From Amphiscolops sp. MND2022 (taxonomy: Eukaryota): 64,000 nt of DNA. Position 1 is the stretch's first letter, and each line of letters starts with the position of its first letter. Under the pieces are notes generated by a model. The model was given only the letters and a program-made list of their open reading frames with translations, did no database searches and was not told where the DNA came from. Shown here in pieces: positions 12,859 to 23,551 of the stretch. Both the position numbers and the translations under genes were made by a program. The stretch is from contig OZ076409.1 in the NCBI GenBank assembly GCA_964187785.1, forward strand, positions 4,466,001 to 4,530,000. The letters run 5' to 3'.

Positions 12859-14151
12859 TTAAGATCGATGCATTTTTTCAATAGTGTAGTTGAATTCGTC
12901 TAAGGATGTGCGAATGCACAAAGCTGATTGGCTAATTCTTGTCGTATCAAATACGATATTTTGTATTATGCTTCGAGCTTGTTCAAGGTTATTTACGATT
13001 TCAGCGATTGTTATAAGAATATCTCGGTTTGGATGATGATACGGTTTTATGATATTCAGGATTTCTGTATATTTCTGTAATTCATCTGTTGGGCGAAAAC
13101 TTTGTGGTTGAGGAATATCATTTTTGGTTTTCTTAGGCGATTCTTGTTTTGCCTTTTTATTTTCTTTGTGATTTCCATTTGTAATAAGTGAAAGTAGGTG
13201 GGAAATAATGAAAATTAATTCATTATTTGAATATCCCTTTTTGATCATTGCGTGGAAATAAGACTTTTCACAGTCTCCCAATGGTTGAGAGGCTATCTGT
13301 TGAAGTGGAGGAAGAGGATCAGATATATGTTGAGGTATATCTTCTTGTAGTAACGAATCGTCGTTTAGAATGAGGTATTCTTGTGGAACAATGATTGGTC
13401 TTTTTGGGTTATCATTTGGAAGGAAGAGAAAACTTTGTTTCAGCGGGTCATAATTTCTAAGTTTTCCTTTTGTTTTGGTATGATCTATTAAATATTCTGA
13501 GTTGAAAGTGAATGGCGATGTATATTTGGAGTTGAAGAATATATAATTATCGGGCTCTTTATATTGAAGGAACTTTTGATAAGTCATATGGTGGGCCTTT
13601 TTGATTTGATATGGCAAAAAATTTGCATCATTTTCTTCTGTTCGAAGATCATATGGAGATGGTCTGAGGAAGTTGTATTGAAGTGAGAAAATTTTCACTT
13701 TATTGTTTAACCACCAATCATATGGGGTAATCAGTTTTGAAGCAATTGATGTATGATAATCATTTTTAAATACTCTGATGATGAATTTGTGTTTTGTTGG
13801 AATCATGTATAACGAAGTTAACTGAGATTGAAATGTGAATTGTTTCGACGAGAGAATAGGAACTAATTCACAATCTCTATCTTCATCTTGTTTAATTGGT
13901 TTTATGAAAGGAGGGCAAGCGCCAGATTCCATAAAAGGTTTATCTGCGGTTATATCTGGGTACTTTCTTTTTTGAGATCTTGTGTTAACATGATCTACTT
14001 GTTCAATTGGGATATTTTCTATAGGGTCTTGAGAGTTGGAGGAAGAGTTATTATCTTCGTTAACATTTTGTTGAATAGTTATATTCAAAGGGGTTGCAAG
14101 CAATTCAGAGGGATTAGAGTTAACTACATCAATTTCGGGCAAGGATTCCAT
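12859..14151 (-). CDS. 430-aa accessory ORF downstream of env, unknown function
   Basis: Long intact ORF in very AT-rich DNA on the element strand; acidic/low-complexity N-terminus, basic RSQKRK patch, helical-looking C-terminus. Confidence 0.8.
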   Translation of the reverse strand: MESLPEIDVVNSNPSELLATPLNITIQQNVNEDNNSSSNSQDPIENIPIEQVDHVNTRSQKRKYPDITADKPFMESGACPPFIKPIKQDEDRDCELVPILSSKQFTFQSQLTSLYMIPTKHKFIIRVFKNDYHTSIASKLITPYDWWLNNKVKIFSLQYNFLRPSPYDLRTEENDANFLPYQIKKAHHMTYQKFLQYKEPDNYIFFNSKYTSPFTFNSEYLIDHTKTKGKLRNYDPLKQSFLFLPNDNPKRPIIVPQEYLILNDDSLLQEDIPQHISDPLPPLQQIASQPLGDCEKSYFHAMIKKGYSNNELIFIISHLLSLITNGNHKENKKAKQESPKKTKNDIPQPQSFRPTDELQKYTEILNIIKPYHHPNRDILITIAEIVNNLEQARSIIQNIVFDTTRISQSALCIRTSLDEFNYTIEKMHRS

Positions 14152-14342
14152 TATTTAAACTTGCGTGTTTTTGTAGAGCTAAAATAATGATTATAACTTT
14201 TGATTACATTATTTCTAATACTAAGGAAAAATTTTGTTATGTCTTTTCTATCCATTAAATTGTTTGTTAAAATTAAAGTTCTAATTGTACTTACAATATG
14301 GGAATACTGGGTCAATGATGGGTTGAAAACATCAACAATCAC
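14151..14342 (-). CDS. Small ORF between env and the 430-aa ORF; stop overlaps the next ATG (TAATG)
   Basis: Open from an upstream ACG (TTEITEVSIPGIDATVIVDVF...KFK*); TAA/ATG share base 14151. Confidence 0.35.
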   Translation of the reverse strand: MIVDVFNPSLTQYSHIVSTIRTLILTNNLMDRKDITKFFLSIRNNVIKSYNHYFSSTKTRKFK

Positions 14343-14567
14343 AGTGGCATCTATTCCAGGAATAGAAACTTCTGTGATTTCGGTCGTTTAGATGGACTGA
14401 AAATCCAGTTGAAGTCTTCTGGTTGAGAGTTGAGTTGAGTTGAAAAGGAGAGACCGGTCCGAGTGAGAATTTGGGTGTGAATGAAAGTTGAAACTGAGAA
14501 GAATTTGGTTGATAATTTTGTGAACTTTTCTTGAGGTTAATTTGTTTTTTAAGTTATTGCTTTTCAG

Positions 14568-17147
14568 CTAGGAGGGATTGAATTTTATAAAGACTTTAGC
14601 AGGACTTTCCGGTACAGCTATTACATTTGACATTATTGGGTCATAGTCCTGAGAATTAATATCGTTTACATTAGTTGGGTGTGTCTTTTGCGGTGATTGA
14701 AATGTTGAGTTCTTACTGGAATATTTAGGAGGTAAATAAGGGGAGTCAGTATCAGAGTGTCTTCGTTTATTGTTTAATTCTTTTCCCGGCAATAGGATAT
14801 TATCATTTTCACTTGTTGTAATTTTGTCTTTAGTGTATATCCGTTTTCGTTTTCCTGTATTATTTAAATCGGTTACCATTTCCGATGTAACTATATTAAA
14901 AAATCCATGGGCTATTGAACTCAAAATGGAAATGTTGCTTTGGAGATTATATTTTATGCTAATTGTTCTGTAGAATTTGAGTAAAAATGTTAAAACTTCT
15001 CTAATGAAAAGGAATGTTGGAAAATAAATTCCACATTGGGTTAAAACATAACATGGGTATCCAAAGAAATTAATGAATGCTTGACTGAACCAGTCAGGGT
15101 TAAAAAGTGGTAAAAGATTTAACAAGTGGTCATGTTCTCCAATCCTTAAATGAATATAGGGATTATGTCCTGAGTATGAGTGTTTTTCATTATGCATTGA
15201 AATGAAATCATAGCTTAATGATTTTCCAAGTAATTGAAGAGTTGTGTCTGAATGTTTAGCAAATAATACTCTATTCCAGAATTGATCTAATTCTGCATTT
15301 GAGTATATACCGGCATCTTGGGCGGTAAATGTATTAGGAGTGATTGTTGTTTTAATTTGGGTAGGTTTAAACATTTGTGGTGCTTCTCGTTTGAGTGGTT
15401 CTGGTGTTAACACATAAAAATCTCCGTCGTTGGAATCTGGATCTAATTCTATTATATTTTGTGGGTTATTTCCACATTCAATTGGTGTTGCGTAGTTAAA
15501 AGTTTGTCTTGTTATTGGGTCAACATACATTATCGTTTCTCTGTAGTGTATAGGAATTCTATCAAAGCATTTATCTGCCTTGTATAGTGGTGATATAAAT
15601 TGAGGGCAATCATACAGCCATGCTGTAGATCCTTCAACGTAGAGAAAGTTACTACGATTTCCAGTTAAAAGAAAACCAGCTAATTGAGGATTTTTAACTG
15701 ACATTGCTAGTGTTGTTAACAGTTGAGTTCTTTCTAGTTCACATATTGTATGAAGAGTGTTTAGTTCTTGTACTGTCATGGATTTAAATACATGATTTAT
15801 TGTGAAATCAATCTTTGTATTAATGTGGGCATCATATTCTAAAGTGGCGAAATTGTTTGATATATTCAATGCAGGGAATATATACCTTTTGTTTGAATCA
15901 TCATATTTTATATTTCCACTAATTGTTTGGTCAATTATTGAGTGTGGTTTTGGTAATCCTGTGTTCATATCAAAACCATCTAAGTATATAACAAAGATGT
16001 CATCATATTGTGTTGAAAATAATGGTTCAGGTTTTCCACAGAAGGTTTGTGCAATTGGGTATATTTCAAATCGAGAAAGGCTTGGATTGCTTACTTTTGA
16101 TTGTGGTGTTTTTTTATTTTAGGGTATTTTGTTCCTTGTATTCCTTCGGTTTGAAGTTTTTGTGTGATGTTTGAAGTTTCAATGAAGGTATCGGTTTCTA
16201 TCCAATATCTATCTTTGATTCGTGTCATTCTACCAATGAATTCTTGAAGTTGAAATATGAGGCAAACTTTTTCATCAAACCATGTTAATGTATATGGAGT
16301 TTTGGTCGTTGGTTTACAAAATCCGTCTGAATGATAACATGGTAATATGTGTCCGTCATGTATTAATTGATTGTTTTTATCGTCATAATCTATTGCGGTG
16401 TTAACAATTCTAAGTTTCCAACTTTGTCGGGTAATTAAATGTTCGCGGTCTGATCGACATCTAGAGTATGTATTCTGTGTAACATTAACTATCCAATCAG
16501 GATAATTTTCGTCAAATACGAAGGTTCCAATATGCCATGTATTTAATTTTTTTTACTCTAAATGGTGTCTGAATTCGTTCAATTGTGTTTTGATAATTAC
16601 TATCGTCGAACAATGAGAAAGAGCTTTGTATATTGTAGTTGTTTAATTCTTCGCTATCAGTCGCGTTTAAATATCTGATCATATTTTTGCATTCAATAGG
16701 GTCCAATATTTTTGGAAGTTCTAATGTGTTTTGTCCCCATTGTAAACGATCATATCGTCTACTAGATGTGAATGTTTGTGAACACCAGACTTTCTCAGTC
16801 TTTATATATGCTTCACATTTAAAGGCTTTTATTCTTTTGGCTTTTGCTCTAACGTAAACTGTTGCTTGGGTTTTTGTGTGTTGTATATCTGAGGGTGCTT
16901 GTTTACATGGTTCTACATTTAATAAACTGAATTGTCTTAAGTTATTTTGTTTTGCACAATCATAATGAGATACCATTAAGTTTAAAATGTTAGGATCTTG
17001 GTCTGAAATATGATTTTCGGAATTGGTGGTGTCAACTTTGGGAACAGTTGAAGGGTGAACTAAAGAGTGAACTATATTTATTATATACGTGTATTTAACA
17101 ACTTGTATTATATATATTAAATGAAAGGTAAAGGTGATTTGGTTCAT
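14568..17147 (-). CDS. env: Envelope glycoprotein, chuvirus-G / herpesvirus-gB-like (class III fusogen), ~860 codons, two frameshifts (~16550, ~16120)
   Basis: Hydrophobic N-terminus; SHYDC...FSLLNVEPC...FKC...VWC; ICELERTQLLTTLAMSVKNPQLAG...EGSTAWLYDC...CFDRIPIHY...YVDPITRQ...PIEC; C-terminal hydrophobic segment and cytoplasmic tail. Fragments 16512-17147 and 14568-15968 are bridged by an open frame (…HILPCYHSDGFCKPT…). Confidence 0.8.
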
Positions 17148-17149
17148 GG

Positions 17150-18617
17150 TTAAAATATTGATCTATAATTGAGTCCTGAGTAGGGATTAAAAAAGTTTAT
17201 ATGTCCTGTTCTAATCTCAGGTAAATCTGCGTCACAAAGGTAGGAAATGGAGGTAACAATGAATGGTGATGGGGTTGTTTTATGTGCTACTCTTGTTGAA
17301 AGAGAGAATGGATGAGGTCCTAACGAGTTGAATGTGACTTCTACTTCAAATTTTAATGTGAGTTGTTGTTCTTGTAATCTTCGTAGTTCTCTTCGTTTTC
17401 TTTGAGTTGAGAGTGAACTATTGTTTATAAATCTTGCAGGTAATACCGTGTATCGAGGATCTTCGTTAAGCGTGCGAACAATTTTTGAGTTAACACGAAT
17501 AGGATATTCGTGAGGATTTGGCGATAGAGGTCTTGAGAATTCTTCTAAAAAATATTCAGGTAATTGTATAGAGGAGTTTGATGCTATTGAACTAGGTGAG
17601 TAAACTCGTGAAAAATTAGCTGCGCTATCTGATATAGTTGCTGGCTCTTCAGAAAGAAGAGAGGCTGTTTCAAATCCTGATGTGATTTGAAATGGTAGTG
17701 ATAGAGAAGATGGTATAGTGTGCTGAGATGAGGAAAGAGAAGAAGTGTCCAATCTGGGTTGGGCGTGTTGTCGAAGTAGTCTTGAGTTTGTACTTGAACT
17801 AGTTAAGGATTGTAATTCTTGAGAATCTCTTTGTTGTTGAGATCGAAGGTTATAATTATGTCTTGGTACTCTAGTACTAGCAGTTGAGTCAGAGTCTTTA
17901 TCTTTATGATACAAATCTGTTAATGAAGAGGTAGTTGTTGAATGTACACGTTGTAATTCAAGCTTGGGATATATTTGAGAAAATGTGAAGGAACTTAGTT
18001 CCGATGGTGAAGGAGTTGGGTATTGTTGTGATTTTTTCGTTGGTGATTTTAATGAAGGTTCTGGTAAAAATGTTATTGGGATATTACTTGATGATGGTAA
18101 ATCAAGATTTTGTGGTAATGTAGGTAAAGGAGTTTTTTTTTGTTTTCGTTGCAGTTGGTACTTTGTGTGGACAAGAATTTATGTATTGTAGGACTGAGCT
18201 AGGATCAGGGATATGAATAGAACGAGTGGTAGTAATCGGTGGAAGAGGAGGTCTATTCAAAATATCTGAAGTATCTTGTGTATTTGGTATTGTAGGTGTT
18301 CCATCATTAGAGTCAGAAAGTGGTGAATTTGTTTCTAAAAATGTTAGATTTCGTGAAATAGGTTGTGATTGAGTTGTTAATATTTGTGGTTGAGTTTGGG
18401 ATATAGGTGTATTAGTGGGTGTTGTTGGTACTCTATCAGGAGTATATGGAGCGGATGGACTGGGATTTGAGGATGAGGAATCCAGTATGTCTGTATCTGA
18501 GTTTAAATATGCTGTATATTCAGGTAATCTTTGGAGTGAATGTGTTGAACTAGAAGAAGAGTTATTTGTAGTTGATGATGGTGAGTGAATATGTCTATCA
18601 ATTTTGAAATCGTTGTG
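17150..18617 (-). CDS. ORF2 between pol and env: ~490-codon S/T/P-rich protein (2-nt deletion at ~18135 in this copy; no ATG at the start of the open frame)
   Basis: Using the undeleted duplicate (22117-22685), the frame reads continuously from HNDFKIDRHIHSPSST through PSAPY and YPKL into the 254-aa ORF 17150-17914. Confidence 0.6.
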
Positions 18618-18786
18618 TTATGATAGTTAGTTTCAGCTTGTAAAATAGTTATAGTTTTATATCAATTAGGATTTCTTTCTTTTATTCTCATTCGTGAAAT
18701 AAATTTCATTTATTTTCGCATTAAGCTTCAAACTTTTTCTTTCTTCCAAACTTTTTTTGTGTGTATTTCTTTCTGTATTCCGTATT

Positions 18787-21700
18787 TCAGCAGGATTTTT
18801 GAGAAAGTGAAATTATATCCTTTTCACCAAGGAAGAGTCGGTAGTCTTTTCTTGGTTGTGGGCGGAAATTGTATCTATTATAGGAGTGTCTTCGGGGATT
18901 AATAAAATTATCATAATCATGAATATCTGATTGGTTATCCAGGGAGGTATTTCGAGGAATTTGTTCTTTTTGTTTATATGGAAATGAAGAATATTGGTTA
19001 AATGGTTCTGGTTGTAAGTCAATCGTGGATGGTATATCCGTTTCTTTATTAAATGTTGTGGAAGGAAATTGTTCTTCGTCTGTAAATTTGTCTTCATCAG
19101 AGTTAATTATTTGATCGTTTGTATTTGAATGACAGTCATTAAATAAATGAGGGTTATATTGTTGTATGAAAGGGAAAATAACTGGTTCTTTTGGATAATA
19201 AGGAATTAAATGATTTCTATGTATGTGCGATGTATAACCATCTTGATTAACAATTTCATATGTTATATCGGAGAGTTTGTTAATAATTTTGAATGGGCCA
19301 ATTCTGAGAGGTTTTAATTTATCGGAAAAATGAACATGGAGAAAATTTCTTTTTAGTACAAATGTACCAATATCTAAGGGTCTTGGATTGTGATATGTTT
19401 TGTTAAAATAAGCATAGGAATTAATCTTTCTTTTTGTGTTTTCATATACCGTTGGTATATCTGTATCATAGCAGTTTCAGTAGCTAAGATCCATTGTGGA
19501 ATTGGAATTCTTGACAATATTGAGAAGTACAATTTCTATATAAATCTCTTTGGAGATTGAGTTCAAAGTTGATTGGAATTCTGGGTATAGTATGGAATAC
19601 TATTTCATATGGAGATAACTTTAATTCAGAAAGTGGTTGTGAATTATGTGCATAAGCATACATATGGACTTGAGTTGACCAATTTTCTGGAGTGTTATGT
19701 AAGAAAAGTCTGAGATGAGTTCCAAGATTTCTGTTTTGATTTTCAACTAAACCATTTGTCCATGGTGCATAAGGAGTTCTTGGTGAATGTCTAATTCCCA
19801 TTGTGGTACAAAGATTTGCAAATTCTGAATTAATATATTCTGTTCCACGGTCGGTAACTAGGTATACAGGAGGTCCAAATTTTGTTATCCAATGATGTAG
19901 TAATGAGTTAACAGCGTTTTGAGCATTATTTTGTTTTATGGGTACTGTTACTACAAAGTGACTAAAAGCGTCTACTATAACGTGAATGTATGAATTTTGA
20001 TTTGATGGTGGGTTTATAGGTCCTTTTGTATCCATTGATATTCGGTAATTAAAATATGAAGCATTTTCTGAGAAGGTTTGTATAGATGCAGTTTGTAATT
20101 TTTGGTTAATATGTTTATTTTGTTGGCATTCAATGCAATCATGGATGAATATTGACATCCATTTATTCAGGTACGGTATGAAGTAAAATTGGTTGAAAGC
20201 TTTGATGGATATTTTTATTCCTGAATGTCCATGAGCATGAAGTTTGTTAAAAGCTGTGTGGAAAAGTTTAAATGGTAGACATATTTTGTCTCTTTGATTC
20301 GGGTTGGAATCGTGAAGATTAGGATAATCTATGTGAATAATTTTTGTATCATGATTAATATATAATTGGTTGAAGAGTTTGTAATATACTAATAAGAAAG
20401 AGTTAGCTGCAATTGTTGGGTCTATTTGTAAGGGTCTTTCATTATTAAGTATCCATTGGTAAACCTTTTGTAAAACAGTATCTTGATTTTGTTGAGCTTT
20501 TATTGTTTCAATGGTTATTTGTGTATCTTCTGGTAGGAAGAAGTAATTAAAATATTTTTTGTATTTGAAAAAGGATGGATCAAAAAATGGAACTTGTTGT
20601 CTACAATAGTCAGATTTGGTAGGATATTGTATAGCAAGGGTGTATTCTTTTACTATGTTCGAGTTTTGTTGTTGGATATTATTTGATGGTGTTATTTCAT
20701 CTTCATCACTAAGAATGTCAGTATCATTAAGAATTGTCGATTGTTGTAAAAGAGATTTTGCTTGTTTTTTTGTAGGCTTTTTATATTTTGATTCGAATGG
20801 AACAATAGATTGAAAAGAGAAGGAATCTAAAGGCTTTATATGTATATCTTCTCCTTTGTTATTTATACGGATGGAGAATTGGTCGTCTCCGTAGTCAGCA
20901 AGGATAGGATGACAATCATTCTTTTGATTATATTTTTTTTCTTCATGTTTTACTAAATAATGTACTGGTTTGAGTTGATTATCTTTCATGATAGAGAAAT
21001 CTATTTGAGGTGGTAATTGTTTGTGTCGTAATTGGTGTACTTGTAGCTGTTCTTTTGTAAAGGTTCTTGAAAGCATATCTGCTACAGTTAAATTTTTTCC
21101 AGGGGTATGAATGATTTTAATTTGGAGAATTTGGTTAATTGCATTTGTGCTCTATAGAATCTAGGACTAAGATTTCCTTTCTTTGCGAAACAATGTAGTA
21201 AAGGCTTGTGATCTGTGAAGAGATATATAGGATGAGGAGATCCGATGATCAAAAATTCATATATTTGTAATGCGTAAACTATTGCAAGAAGTTCTCTGTC
21301 TAAAGTTGAAAGTTTTTGTTCTTGTGTATTGAGAATTCTGGAGTTATAAGAGATTACTTTCATCTTATTTTCTTCGTTCATTTGGAATAAGACTGCGCCT
21401 AAACCTACTAACGAAGCATCTACTGTTATAAAAAATTGATGCGTGGTGTTGGGTATTGTTAATTCAGTGTCTGCTGTCATTGCGTTTTTAAAATTTTGAA
21501 ATAGTTTTTCTAATTCAGGTGTCCATTGAAATTTAACATCATCATGTAGTAATGTATACAATGGTTTAAGGTTTATATGAAGTTTTTCAATGAATTTTGA
21601 ATAAAAGTTAACACTGCCAAGAAATTGCATAACATCTTTCTTTTCTTTTGGTGATGGGATTCTTTTAATAGCTTCAATTTTGGATGGAATTGGTTTGTGT

Positions 21701-22115
21701 TGTTACCAATTTCATGTCCAAGGAAAGTTTGAGATTTTCTCGAGATGCTATTGTATGTAATTCTTTTATAAGTTCAAACATTTCTTGTTTTTCATTTGCG
21801 AGTAATAGAATATCATCTATATAAACTAACGCAGAGCGTTTGTCTATAAGTGATCTGAAGAAAGTTGACATTTGTTTTGTGAAAAAGTTTGGAAGTCCTT
21901 TTAATCCGTAAAATCCACGGATAAAGGCGTATAATTTGTCACCGGATGAAAATCCTGTAAGTTTAATTGTTTCTTCATCTAATGGTGTATGAGCATATGC
22001 ATACATTAGATCAATAGTTGATTTGTATTTTTTATTTGCTCTAGCTAATTGAGGAGCTAAAGGTTCAATAGGCCAAGATTCAAGTTCTTGGTTAGTGTTT
22101 GAGTTTAGATGTCTT
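18787..22115 (-). pseudogene. pol: Duplicated pol 3' half (RT C-part, RNase H, integrase), 5'-truncated
   Basis: YIDD (ORF 21674-22006), RNase H (21088-21630), integrase (19484-21076), GPF module ~19200-19330, stop TGA at 18787. Confidence 0.9.
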
Positions 22116-22854
22116 TAATGAAGGTTCTGGTAAAAATGTTATTGGGATATTACTTGATGATGGTAAATCAAGATTTTGTGGTAATGTAGGTAAAGGAGTT
22201 TTTCTTTTTGTTTTCGTTGCAGTTGGTACTTTGTGTGGACAAGAATTTATGTATTGTAGGACTGAGCTAGGATCAGGGATATGAATAGAACGAGTGGTAG
22301 TAATCGGTGGAAGAGGAGGTCTATTCAAAATATCTGAAGTATCTTGTGTATTTGGTATTGTAGGTGTTCCATCATTAGAGTCAGAAAGTGGTGAATTTGT
22401 TTCTAAAAATGTTAGATTTCGTGAAATAGGTTGTGATTGAGTTGTTAATATTTGTGGTTGAGTTTGGGATATAGGTGTATTAGTGGGTGTTGTTGGTACT
22501 CTATCAGGAGTATATGGAGCGGATGGACTGGGATTTGAGGATGAGGAATCCAGTATGTCTGTATCTGAGTTTAAATATGCTGTATATTCAGGTAATCTTA
22601 GGAGTGAATGTGTTGAACTAGAAGAAGAGTTATTTGTAGTTGATGATGGTGAGTGAATATGTCTATCAATTTTGAAATCGTTGTGTTATGATAGTTAGTT
22701 TCAGCTTGTAAAATAGTTATAGTTTTATATCAATTAGGATTTCTTTCTTTTATTCTCATTCGTGAAATAAATTTCATTTATTTTCGCATTAAGCTTCAAA
22801 CTTTTTCTTTCTTTCAAACTTTTTTTGTGTGTATTTCTTTCTGTATTCCGTATT

Positions 22855-23551
22855 TCAGCAGGATTTTTGAGAAAGTGAAATTATATCCTTTTCACCAAGG
22901 AAGAGTCGGTAGTCTTTTCTTGGTTGTGGGCGGAAATTGTATCTATTATAGGAGTGTCTTCGGGGATTAATAAAATTATCATAATCATGAATATCTGATT
23001 GGTTATCCAGGGAGGTATTTCGAGGAATTTGTTCTTTTTGTTTATATGGAAATGAAGAATATTGGTTAAATGGTTCTGGTTGTAAGTCAATCGTGGATGG
23101 TATATCCGTTTCTTTATTAAATGTTGTGGAAGGAAATTGTTCTTCGTCTGTAAATTTGTCTTCATCAGAGTTAATTATTTGATCGTTTGTATTTGAATGA
23201 CAGTCATTAAATAAATGAGGGTTATATTGTTGTATGAAAGGGAAAATAACTGGTTCTTTTGGATAATAAGGAATTAAATGATTTCTATGTATGTGCGATG
23301 TATAACCATCTTGATTAACAATTTCATATGTTATATCGGAGAGTTTGTTAATAATTTTGAATGGGCCAATTCTGAGAGGTTTTAATTTATCGGAAAAATG
23401 AACATGGAGAAAATTTCTTTTTAGTACAAATGTACCAATATCTAAGGGTCTTGGATTGTGATATGTTTTGTTAAAATAAGCATAGGAATTAATCTTTCTT
23501 TTTGTGTTTTCATATACCGTTGGTATATCTGTATCATAGCAGTTTCAGTAG
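22855..23551 (-). pseudogene. pol: Integrase C-terminus (GPY/F module) and end of pol, out of frame with the IN core
   Basis: KLKPLRIGPFKIINKLSDITYEI...HIHRNHLIPYY, then RYNFRPQPRKDY...KSC*. Confidence 0.8.
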
